Origin: a virus | DNA: 64,000 bases | Direction: 5' to 3' (one strand) | Virus record (IMG/VR): IMGVR_UViG_3300045988_154892 | In this document: positions 52,730 to 60,939 of the stretch, one piece after another | Numbering within the stretch: the stretch's first letter is position 1 | Layout of the letters: the number at the start of each line of letters is the position of its first letter | The notes under the pieces: generated by a model | The model's input: the letters and a program-made list of their open reading frames with translations, nothing else | Told to the model about the DNA's origin: nothing | The model's database searches: none | Position numbers and translations under genes: made by a program

Positions 52730-53006
52730 TTTAGAAAACATATATATCCCATGTATGAATTGTATAATGCGAAGACATTCATACTCACCTGATGATAAGT
52801 TGTGTCAAAGTTGCGAATATAATATTTCTATCCAGATGTTAAAAGAAGTATTAAAACAGAATGATTACTGTAATCTATGCAAATATGTAGAGCGTATTAA
52901 AGGTGGATATACAGATTGTAGTGTAGGTCGTGAAGGATGGAGAGATTGTCAAAATTATACAATTGACTGGAATGCAGTAGCGAAAGAATATTTAGAGAAA
53001 GAATAA
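52719..53006 (+). CDS. hypothetical Cys-rich protein
   Basis: Overlaps the previous ORF. Confidence 0.55.
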   Translation: MKINLENIYIPCMNCIMRRHSYSPDDKLCQSCEYNISIQMLKEVLKQNDYCNLCKYVERIKGGYTDCSVGREGWRDCQNYTIDWNAVAKEYLEKE

Positions 53007-53048
53007 CGAAATCACTCTTTCATTTGGAAAATTTAAGGAGATAATAAT

Positions 53049-53312
53049 ATGATTGGTATGCACGAAGATTATAATTATCACAATATTTTCAAAGAATATG
53101 CAGAAAATATTTCGGGAAAATGGTTTAAAGAAAACTATCTTCAGATTGTTGGAACTAAAACTGTAGATGATTATATGTATGTAAAAGGATTTGATGGTGG
53201 ATTTCCACATACAAGTGCTTATGTAAAAATTGACATGAAAGAGAATAAGATTGTTGATTATTATAACGCACATAGCTGCCCTGTTGAAGTAAAGGATGGA
53301 ATATATGAATAA
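53049..53312 (+). CDS. hypothetical protein
   Basis: AAGGAGATAATAAT then ATG. Confidence 0.55.
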   Translation: MIGMHEDYNYHNIFKEYAENISGKWFKENYLQIVGTKTVDDYMYVKGFDGGFPHTSAYVKIDMKENKIVDYYNAHSCPVEVKDGIYE

Positions 53313-53586
53313 GGCAATTTTATTAGTATTTTGTCACTTGGTTGGTGATTATGTTTTACAAAATGATTTTATTGCAAAGACCAAGGGAAGTAATTGGTAT
53401 CATTTGTTCGTACATTGTGCGTTGTATTGTTTACCATTTTATCTTGCCTTTGGATTAACTTGGCAGCTTGGAGTTGTTTTTTTGACACACTGTATTATTG
53501 ATCCGCTAAAGGCGAGATATCAAAAAATATCATATGTAACAGATCAAGTTTTGCATTATTTGGTATCATTCGTTTATTTTTTGTAA
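53296..53586 (+). CDS. membrane protein, DUF3307-like
   Basis: HLVGDYVLQNDFIAKTKG plus hydrophobic segments. Start 53296 or 53305. Confidence 0.55.
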   Translation: MEYMNKAILLVFCHLVGDYVLQNDFIAKTKGSNWYHLFVHCALYCLPFYLAFGLTWQLGVVFLTHCIIDPLKARYQKISYVTDQVLHYLVSFVYFL

Positions 53587-53611
53587 AAACAGAAACGAAG
53601 TGAGTAAAACT

Positions 53612-53875
53612 ATGAAACATGATAAATTTACAATTACAACAAAAGAATTAGATTTTATGAAACTGAATAAAAAGATCCACACTTATGAATTTGAGAATGG
53701 ATATAAACCATATTTGTTTATGAATGAAGATACAATTGACGAATTAGTAAACATAATTGGACTTTCTTGTAACGGATTAACAGGCGTTCAGTCAAATGGT
53801 TTGTGCGGAACATATTGTGGAATGAAAACTTTTTGTGATAATACAATGCAATTTGGTGATGTAGAAATGAGGTGA
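53612..53875 (+). CDS. hypothetical protein
   Basis: ORF-track ORF (GTG 53600 also possible). Confidence 0.55.
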   Translation: MKHDKFTITTKELDFMKLNKKIHTYEFENGYKPYLFMNEDTIDELVNIIGLSCNGLTGVQSNGLCGTYCGMKTFCDNTMQFGDVEMR

Positions 53876-53880
53876 GAATT

Positions 53881-54291
53881 ATGCATTATAAAATACCGTA
53901 TATAACAGGTTTTATTGATAAGTATACAGTTCCAATCAATCATGATATCGATTTAGACAGTATAAAAATTTACAAAAGAAACAAAGATAGAACATTAGGT
54001 GAAATGGTTTATAACTTTAAAGTAGATTGTAATTCTACGCCAGCAACAATTTTTGTTGAAGATTCTTTTGGACAAGAATATTTTTTAAAATATAGTTATT
54101 TAACAAAATACACATCGTTCAACAAAATTAAACTTATAACAGCAGATGGTTATGCAGTTCTTCGTTATAAAGATTTCATTAGAGAAGGACATAGAATTGA
54201 CAATGATGATTGGATGGATCTTTTTAAATATCTCGGATATGAAGTAGAATATAAAGAGATTTCTGATGAAGAGGTGGAGGAAATGTTATAA
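53881..54291 (+). CDS. hypothetical protein
   Basis: GAGGTGAGAATT then ATG. Confidence 0.55.
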   Translation: MHYKIPYITGFIDKYTVPINHDIDLDSIKIYKRNKDRTLGEMVYNFKVDCNSTPATIFVEDSFGQEYFLKYSYLTKYTSFNKIKLITADGYAVLRYKDFIREGHRIDNDDWMDLFKYLGYEVEYKEISDEEVEEML

Positions 54292-54507
54292 ATGATAGAT
54301 AGCAATGAAACAATGTCTTACATGAACGGGAAAGACATTGGATACGTAGAAGGATTTGATGATTGTAAAACCGAGCTTATGGAAGTCATCCGTTCTCTTG
54401 CTTGGCGTATTGCGCAATACCAATATCCGAATGTATATGATTTTGATGACAAAACGTTAGAGAATATCATGGTAGATGCGGGATTGAATAGAGAATATTT
54501 GGAGTGA
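54292..54507 (+). CDS. hypothetical protein
   Basis: Abuts the previous stop. Confidence 0.55.
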   Translation: MIDSNETMSYMNGKDIGYVEGFDDCKTELMEVIRSLAWRIAQYQYPNVYDFDDKTLENIMVDAGLNREYLE

Positions 54508-54513
54508 TGAAAT

Positions 54514-54909
54514 ATGGACGAAAATTATATGAAAGAATTTAATAAGCTTAGAATCTTGCCGCGTGATAATCTATCAAAACATGATTATATCAAACGATAC
54601 TTTTATCAAAATGAAATGATGAGAAAATTATATGACAGCGAAGAGTTTTCGGATGATCAGCTCTTATATATTTTTAACAATAATACATTAAAAAGACTTG
54701 GTTTTCCTCTTAAGCGATGTGGTAAGAAAAGAAGAAAACAGAGAAAAGAACGTATTATTTGCAATCCGGTATTTTTCGATATTGTATACAAAACTATGGA
54801 AAAGGTTTGGGATCAGTACACACTGGCAGAGTTTATTGATCCTTCTAAAAATTTTGTTGATTGTAAAGATCTTCATTTGGGAGATAAAAATATAGAGGTA
54901 TTATTATGA
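54514..54909 (+). CDS. hypothetical protein
   Basis: ORF-track ORF. Confidence 0.55.
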   Translation: MDENYMKEFNKLRILPRDNLSKHDYIKRYFYQNEMMRKLYDSEEFSDDQLLYIFNNNTLKRLGFPLKRCGKKRRKQRKERIICNPVFFDIVYKTMEKVWDQYTLAEFIDPSKNFVDCKDLHLGDKNIEVLL

Positions 54910-55121
54910 GTTGGATTATTACATATTTAAAGTGTGATCACTGTGGCAAAGAATATAAAGATGTTTATGTCAGCTTTGGACATCCAGAGAAAGATCTTGT
55001 ATGGAAATGGAAATGTGATGGCTGCAAACATGTTAATGAAAAACTAATTAAAGCTTGGCCACATAAAGAGATTGATTTTATAGCATTAAAAAACTTGGAT
55101 TTAAATAAAGAGGAAATATAG
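54906..55121 (+). CDS. hypothetical zinc-ribbon protein
   Basis: CDHCG...CDGC; ATGA overlap. Confidence 0.55.
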   Translation: MSWIITYLKCDHCGKEYKDVYVSFGHPEKDLVWKWKCDGCKHVNEKLIKAWPHKEIDFIALKNLDLNKEEI

Positions 55122-55126
55122 CACGA

Positions 55127-55354
55127 ATGAAATTTCAAAAATATAATTACTTCTCAAACGCCTTAAACAAAAAGTATAAAGTTACTTTCGAAGTTTATAA
55201 AGGATACGAGGAAAATATTGTTGGGATATTGTTAAATTATAATTCTGGCAATCTTGACTTATATAATGAAGAAAAAGGTGAATTATATCATATTCCATTT
55301 TCGGGATTAAAATGGCTTTTGCCTGTAAAAGATAAAAACAAAATAAATTCTTAG
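55127..55354 (+). CDS. hypothetical protein
   Basis: ORF-track ORF. Confidence 0.55.
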   Translation: MKFQKYNYFSNALNKKYKVTFEVYKGYEENIVGILLNYNSGNLDLYNEEKGELYHIPFSGLKWLLPVKDKNKINS

Positions 55355-55471
55355 AGCGTTTCAGCTCAAAAATTTCCAATTGGACAAGAGAATAATATAT
55401 TAGATGGTTGCAAACATCTAGTTATGAAATTGAATTTTCATTATATTAAATAAAGAAAGGAGTATGAGATT

Positions 55472-55481
55472 TGTGCGCACA
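55472..55481. promoter_or_regulatory. perfect 10-bp palindrome TGTGCGCACA upstream of dam
   Basis: Shares the GC-rich core GTGCGCAC with 26083-26090. Lies 32 nt upstream of TTG 55513. Confidence 0.3.
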
Positions 55482-55512
55482 TTAAAGAATTCTTTACTCT
55501 TAGTAGTTACTA

Positions 55513-56247
55513 TTGAAATACATGGGATCAAAATCTCGAATATCGAAATATATAATTCCGATTATTCAAAAGAGGATAAAAGATTATAATATAAAAACGT
55601 ACATAGAGCCGTTCTGTGGTGGATGTAATATTGTTGATAAGATTCAATGTGATACGAAGATTGCATCCGATAATCATAAGTATCTTATAGAAATGTTCAA
55701 GAATCTAAATCAGATTCAAAGACTTCCAGAGTTTATTACAAAAGAACACTATTCAAATGTAAGAGAATGTTTTAATAAAGGTTTAACTACATATCCAGAT
55801 TGGTATATTGGAGCTATTGGTTTTCTTGCAAGTTACAATGGACGCTTTTTCGATGGCGGATACTCAGGTATTGTACATACAAAAGCTGGAACTGAGAGAA
55901 ATTATTATGATGAAGCAAGAAGAAATTTATTAATGCAGATTTCACAGTTAAAAGACATACAGTTCCAATATGGAGATTATGAAGAATTGTATTCAGATAA
56001 AATTGATTGTTTACTTTACTGTGATATTCCATATTACGGGGTAAAACAATATGGTACAAGCAAAAACTTTGATTATGATAGATTTTGGAATTGGGCTGAA
56101 AAAATGAGCGAAAAGAATATTATTCTGGTTAGTGAACATAAAGCACCTTCAGGATGGGATTGTATTTGGGAACAGGAAGTAAAAAGAACAATTGATAATA
56201 ACAAGCGTGTAAAAGCAGTAGAAAAATTATTTGAGATAAGAGAATAA
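55513..56247 (+). CDS. dam: DNA N6-adenine methyltransferase (D12 class, Dam/T4 Dam-like)
   Basis: KYMGSKS, EPFCGGCN (FxGxG), CDIPYY (DPPY-like). Start uncertain: no SD before TTG 55513, and the SD AAGGAG at 55457-62 serves another frame. Confidence 0.8.
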   Translation: MKYMGSKSRISKYIIPIIQKRIKDYNIKTYIEPFCGGCNIVDKIQCDTKIASDNHKYLIEMFKNLNQIQRLPEFITKEHYSNVRECFNKGLTTYPDWYIGAIGFLASYNGRFFDGGYSGIVHTKAGTERNYYDEARRNLLMQISQLKDIQFQYGDYEELYSDKIDCLLYCDIPYYGVKQYGTSKNFDYDRFWNWAEKMSEKNIILVSEHKAPSGWDCIWEQEVKRTIDNNKRVKAVEKLFEIRE

Positions 56248-56269
56248 ATAACCAGGAGATGAAGTTGTA

Positions 56270-56593
56270 ATGAAGATATCAGAATTACAAGCAGTTTGTA
56301 AGTACGATGACAGTGAAATGGAAGAAGTTAAAAACTGCCATCCAAAACAGATTGCAAGTGAAGTAATTCCTATTCCAACTTGGAAGATTAAATATAAGTA
56401 TACAACTGCTCGTGGAAATCCAAAAGAAGCAGTAAAGTATATGTTCTTAGATAAGAATGCCTGGGATTCTGTCGATCAGGAATTCATGAATTATATAAAA
56501 GAACTTAATGAAAAACATCCGGAAAGAATAGCATCAAACGTAGAAATTCTTGACGCAGTTTATTTCGGAAAACTTTATTTAGAACTTGAATAA
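56270..56593 (+). CDS. hypothetical protein, module small ORF copy 1
   Basis: KNCHPKQIASEVIPIPTWKIKYKYTTARGNPKEAVKYMFLD aligns with KNVHPKNFLKTKITLPVYKVNLSYLTEKGNYKTVDRYAVMD of 58099-58455. Confidence 0.6.
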   Translation: MKISELQAVCKYDDSEMEEVKNCHPKQIASEVIPIPTWKIKYKYTTARGNPKEAVKYMFLDKNAWDSVDQEFMNYIKELNEKHPERIASNVEILDAVYFGKLYLELE

Positions 56594-56788
56594 TAAATAT
56601 TTTTCAATTGTAATCAAATCCCTGTAATCAGGGTTGTATAGCGAGATGGCTTGTATTACCCATGCAGCATAGTGACATGAGGTTAAAACGTAAAATCTTA
56701 CACCATGACCTAAAATAATTGGTTTCTAAGCATAAGATAGACTCCTTTAACTAATTGGTAAAATCCAAAAGTTAAAGGAAGATTACAA
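56594..56788 (+). promoter_or_regulatory. ~195-nt structured leader 1, SD-sequestering hairpin
   Basis: Hairpin CCCTG-taat-CAGGG then GTTGT. AGTGAC...CGTAAAA...ACACC...TAAAAT block. CCTTTAACT (56744-52) pairs with AGTTAAAGG (56770-78), which covers the SD. Confidence 0.45.
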
Positions 56789-57835
56789 TTGAATCCGATA
56801 TTCAATGAATATATCAAATTTTTAAGAGACACTTTTGGAGAAGAATTACCTTATTTAAAAGAAGGATTCTTTTGGCTTGATAAACAGATTATAAAAGGCT
56901 TTGATAGTCAACTTGTAGAACATAAATTTTACAGAGTTAAAGTATCAGATAACCTAAAAAAAGTAGAAATTCTAAAATTAAAATCTTATGAAGATCCATC
57001 TGAAGTTGACATAATAAATTGGAATACGATGGTTAGCATCAAAGAGAATCAATTGATAGAACTTGAGCATGAATCCTTATATCTGATACGTGAGAAAATC
57101 AAAGACTATAATGCATATACTCCAATAATACCTGTTTCTATGGGTAAAGATTCTATGGTTACATGTCATTTAGTTCGAAAACTATATCCAAACACAAAAG
57201 CAATATTCAATAATACATCACTTGACTGTGCTGATACATATAAGATGGTTAAACGATTTCCGAATTGCGAAATTATGAATCCAGACAAAGGATTTTATCA
57301 ATATGTAAAATCTGATTCTATGATTCCGTCAAGATTTTCAAGATTCTGTTGTAGGATTTTTAAAGTTGGAGTTATGGTTTCTCAGCTTGATAATAAGCAT
57401 CCGTATTTAATTTTTATGGGAATGAGAAATGAAGAATCAAACACAAGAAGCAATTATCAAGATGAATGGGTTAATACTTCCGAATGGGGAGACACATGTT
57501 GGCAAGGAATACTTCCTATTAGAAAGTGGACAGAGTTAGATGTTTGGCTTTATACATTTTGGAGAGATATTGAAGTCAATTCAAAATATAAAAAAGGATA
57601 TTCAAGAGTTGGATGCCATTGTGCTTGTCCGTATTATGCGAAGTCAACATGGATTCTTGATAAATATTGGTATCCAAAAGCATATAAAAGATGGAGAGAT
57701 ATTCTAAGAGAAGATTTTATTAACAATCAGAAATGGCTGATTATGAATTGCACTATCAAAGAGTATCTTACTCAAGCATGGAATGGTGGTGTGTTTAGAA
57801 GTGAGCCACACAAGAAGTTATTGATGAATTTGTAG
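56789..57835 (+). CDS. PAPS-reductase-like PP-loop ATPase, copy 1
   Basis: PVSMGKDSMV, FCCRIFK, GCHCACPYY. TTG start. The reading frame appears to continue in the -1 frame to 58068. Confidence 0.8.
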   Translation: MNPIFNEYIKFLRDTFGEELPYLKEGFFWLDKQIIKGFDSQLVEHKFYRVKVSDNLKKVEILKLKSYEDPSEVDIINWNTMVSIKENQLIELEHESLYLIREKIKDYNAYTPIIPVSMGKDSMVTCHLVRKLYPNTKAIFNNTSLDCADTYKMVKRFPNCEIMNPDKGFYQYVKSDSMIPSRFSRFCCRIFKVGVMVSQLDNKHPYLIFMGMRNEESNTRSNYQDEWVNTSEWGDTCWQGILPIRKWTELDVWLYTFWRDIEVNSKYKKGYSRVGCHCACPYYAKSTWILDKYWYPKAYKRWRDILREDFINNQKWLIMNCTIKEYLTQAWNGGVFRSEPHKKLLMNL

Positions 57836-58068
57836 AACATACAGGAATTGATAAACAGATTGCGCTGCAATATTTTAATAAGAAATGTTGTGAGTGCAAT
57901 AAGAGAATAAAACATAAGGAAGTTCTTTCAATGAACTTAAAAATACATGGAAGACAAGTTAATAAATTCTATTGTAAGAAATGTTTGATGAAAGAATTCG
58001 ATTGGACAAAAGAAGATTGGGACAAACAGGTGGAAGCGTTTAAGGCTCAAGGTTGTGCGTTGTTCTAG
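57805..58068 (+). other. -1 frame continuation encoding a zinc ribbon (no own start codon)
   Basis: ATQEVIDEFVEHTGIDKQIALQYFNKKCCECNKRI...FYCKKCLMKEFDWTKEDWDKQVEAFKAQGCALF, open from 57805. Confidence 0.5.
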
Positions 58069-58098
58069 GTTTTATTGGTAGAAAGGTGGTGAAAAGTA

Positions 58099-58455
58099 GT
58101 GCATCCGAGTGAGTTTTTTAAGAATTGTTCTCTAAGGACAGGAATTGATATATTTGAAATCTACGATACAGATTTAAAAGAAAAATTAAAAAATGTGCAT
58201 CCAAAGAATTTCCTGAAAACAAAAATTACATTGCCAGTATATAAAGTCAATTTATCTTATCTTACAGAAAAAGGTAATTACAAAACAGTTGACAGATATG
58301 CGGTAATGGATTCAAGTGCAGATGATGAGTATTTTGATTTCTGGCTCGATATGTTTATGAGAGATTATAATAATGATAATCCAAATCACAAGATGATAAA
58401 TTGTGAAATAAACAACATAGAAAGACTTTGCGAAGCTGTACTACCAATTGGTTAG
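58099..58455 (+). CDS. hypothetical protein, module small ORF copy 2
   Basis: Paralog of 56270-56593. GTG after GGTGGTG. Confidence 0.6.
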   Translation: MHPSEFFKNCSLRTGIDIFEIYDTDLKEKLKNVHPKNFLKTKITLPVYKVNLSYLTEKGNYKTVDRYAVMDSSADDEYFDFWLDMFMRDYNNDNPNHKMINCEINNIERLCEAVLPIG

Positions 58456-58662
58456 CTTTTCACCATATGTATTTAATACCTTTGTGCAGCAAAGGTTGTC
58501 ACGATGATTTATAGAAGACGGATCATTGGTTAATATAAATCGAAAAAGCAATGTGGTAGTGACGTAAAAAGACACCCACGATAAAAATGAATAAGTCTCA
58601 TTTTTAAAGAGTATGGCTTTACCTCATTGAAATGAAATAATTTTCAGTGAGGAAAGTACATA
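58456..58662 (+). promoter_or_regulatory. ~205-nt structured leader 2, SD-sequestering hairpin
   Basis: Hairpin ACCTTTG-tgcag-CAAAGGT then TGT. AGTGACGTAAAAAGACACCCACGATAAAAAT. About 15-bp stem, 58617-32 with 58641-56, covers the SD GAGGAAAG. Confidence 0.45.
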
Positions 58663-59676
58663 TTGGTACAGAAAGCTAATACAATTGAGGAACTATTAAA
58701 TGATTGTCCTGTAAATCAAACGATTTGTGACAACTTAATTCGTGCATGGGTAATTATTAATAATACAAAATATAAGAAAATCATTTGTTCAATCTCAGGC
58801 GGTTCTGACAGTGATGTAATGTTAGATATCGTTTGGAGATGTGACAAAGATAATAAAGTAGATTATGTGTGGTTTGATACTGGACTGGAATATCAAGCAA
58901 CAAAAGATCATTTGAAATTTCTTGAAGGAAAATACGATATTGCATTTCATTCTTACAAGGCTATAAAACCTATTCCTACATCTTGCAAGGAATATGGACA
59001 ACCATTCTTATCAAAACAAGTCAGTGAATTTATCCAAAGATTACAAAAGTATAACTTTCAATGGGAAGATGAAGATTTTGACACATTATATAAGAAATAT
59101 CTAAAATGTAAGTCTGCCTTGGAATGGTGGTGTTGCAGCAAAGGTAACGACAGTTGTTTCAATATTACAAGAAACAAATGGTTGAAAGAATTTATGATTG
59201 CAAATCCTCCAACGTTTAATATTTCAAACAAGTGTTGTAAATATGCAAAGAAAAATGTTGCGCATAACATTGTAAAGTATGGAATAGATGGCAAATTATT
59301 TGACTTACAGATTATAGGTATCAGGAAAGCTGAAGGTGGTGCTAGATCAACAGCATACAAATCATGCTTTGATGATAATAACGACATTGACAATTATAGA
59401 CCTTTGTTCTGGTATAAAAATTCAGATAAAGAAGATTATGAGAAAGCATATGGAATTATTCATAGTGATTGTTACTTGGAATATGGTTTAAAACGTACAG
59501 GATGTTGTGGTTGTCCTTATGGAAGAGATTTTGAGAATGAATTAGATGTAATTGAGAAGTATGAACCTAAACTATATAAAGCAGTAACGAATATTTTCAA
59601 AGATTCTTATGAATATACAAGAAAGTACGTGGAGTTTAGAAAAATGATGGATGAGAAGGAGAGAATCAAACAATGA
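58663..59676 (+). CDS. PAPS-reductase-like PP-loop ATPase, copy 2
   Basis: SISGGSDSDV (SGGxDS), KCCKYAKK, GCCGCPYG. TTG start. Confidence 0.8.
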   Translation: MVQKANTIEELLNDCPVNQTICDNLIRAWVIINNTKYKKIICSISGGSDSDVMLDIVWRCDKDNKVDYVWFDTGLEYQATKDHLKFLEGKYDIAFHSYKAIKPIPTSCKEYGQPFLSKQVSEFIQRLQKYNFQWEDEDFDTLYKKYLKCKSALEWWCCSKGNDSCFNITRNKWLKEFMIANPPTFNISNKCCKYAKKNVAHNIVKYGIDGKLFDLQIIGIRKAEGGARSTAYKSCFDDNNDIDNYRPLFWYKNSDKEDYEKAYGIIHSDCYLEYGLKRTGCCGCPYGRDFENELDVIEKYEPKLYKAVTNIFKDSYEYTRKYVEFRKMMDEKERIKQ

Positions 59677-59942
59677 GAATATTAGCAGTACATAATGACC
59701 ATATAAAGAAACCAGATCCAGAAAGAAAGTATGGTTGTGTTTGTAACAAATGTGGTACAGTATTTATTTTTGCAAGGTCTGAAGCTTGTATTCCAAGATG
59801 TATTAACCCAAAACCTAGTCAATGCACAGTTAGATGTCCAAATTCTAGTTGTCAGAACGTTATGACATTTGATTTGTGTAAGGAATTAAAAACTCTTACA
59901 GATGAGAATGATTTTTGCGATTTCTATGCAGATGATAAATAA
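59673..59942 (+). CDS. zinc-ribbon protein coupled to PP-loop ATPase copy 2
   Basis: ATGA overlap. CVCNKCG...CPNSSC. Confidence 0.6.
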   Translation: MRILAVHNDHIKKPDPERKYGCVCNKCGTVFIFARSEACIPRCINPKPSQCTVRCPNSSCQNVMTFDLCKELKTLTDENDFCDFYADDK

Positions 59943-60014
59943 ATATATGAATTTTGGGTTTCATTTATCTTTGCTATTATAACCAAAATAAGGTAATACA
60001 CTGAGGAATCGACT

Positions 60015-60230
60015 ATGGAAGAAATGATTGAAAAATTAAAAGAATGGGTTAATAAAAACTATGATCCATATGCATGTGGATTTACACCACAGCGTTCAGA
60101 AGGAAATTATTATGATTGTTTCTTTGATGGAGAATCTTGTGGTACATCGTATGCTGCATATGAAGTAGGACAAATCTTAGGTTTAGAGCTTGCTCCACCA
60201 GAAGATGACGGAGAGAATAATGAATATTAA
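60015..60230 (+). CDS. hypothetical protein
   Basis: ORF-track ORF. Confidence 0.55.
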   Translation: MEEMIEKLKEWVNKNYDPYACGFTPQRSEGNYYDCFFDGESCGTSYAAYEVGQILGLELAPPEDDGENNEY

Positions 60231-60326
60231 TTATTGAATGAATGAGCGTGTATGTGGTGGGATTACCATGGTAGACCCAAAATCAAAGAAAAAATATGTT
60301 TCTTTAATGACATACAAGAGATTAAT

Positions 60327-60584
60327 ATGACACGAAATACAGTCGAACAATGTCATGATTATATAAGGTATAAACCAATCATTACAAAAGATGAAAGAAC
60401 TCTTTCGTTTTCAGCAAATATATCAAAGATCAATCCAGCAATTCTTAGCGCTGATCTTTCTAAGACGCCAGATCAAGTTAATATTTTGTATGTCAAGAAA
60501 ATCCAAGCAAGAAAACATCATAAGAAGAGAATTAATAAAAAATGGCTTAAACGTTATGGGTACAAAGAGCAGTTGTTTAATTAG
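60327..60584 (+). CDS. hypothetical basic protein
   Basis: The first ATG (60327) sits 75 nt downstream of the track's longest-ORF start, same frame. C-terminal ARKHHKKRINKKWLKRYGY. Confidence 0.5.
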   Translation: MTRNTVEQCHDYIRYKPIITKDERTLSFSANISKINPAILSADLSKTPDQVNILYVKKIQARKHHKKRINKKWLKRYGYKEQLFN

Positions 60585-60650
60585 GACGATGGAATTGTAA
60601 ATCAACTGATCAATTTGGTGAAGAATATAAATTTACAAGAAAGGTAATAG

Positions 60651-60935
60651 ATGATGCTAATTCCGACAGTACCAGCAAAAGAATTTGAAAAATTCGGATT
60701 TAAAAAATGTAAAGGAATGCCAAAAGATACAGAGTGTTATTATCTTTGTGTAGCACGAGGGTCTAAGATGTTATTTGTTAGTAATATATATTTTGGAGTA
60801 AATGATTGGATAAAGGACGATCAAAGAATTCATAAAAATGCCAATTGCAGATATAGCGATAAAAGAGATTATCTTGATATTGTTTATGAATTAATTAAAG
60901 AAGGTATGTTAAAAAGCAGTTTTTATAAGAGGTAA
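60651..60935 (+). CDS. hypothetical protein
   Basis: ORF-track ORF. Confidence 0.55.
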   Translation: MMLIPTVPAKEFEKFGFKKCKGMPKDTECYYLCVARGSKMLFVSNIYFGVNDWIKDDQRIHKNANCRYSDKRDYLDIVYELIKEGMLKSSFYKR

Positions 60936-60939
60936 AACC

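Noticed and set aside
55464-55590. 41-aa ORF (MRFVRTLKNS...) with an SD upstream of dam, considered as a frameshifted N-terminal extension of Dam
   Set aside because: The Dam alignment already begins at KYMGSKS, as in T4 Dam, so no extension is required. SD spacing to ATG 55464 is only 1 nt. It remains unresolved and is noted only as start-site uncertainty.
56594-56788. Identification of the PP-loop ATPase leaders as preQ1-I riboswitches
   Set aside because: The ACACC plus A-rich tail resembles the Bacillus preQ1-I aptamer 3' half. However, the enclosed loop is about 19-21 nt instead of about 11, and I cannot find the conserved loop nucleotides. I kept it only as a generic riboswitch-like candidate.
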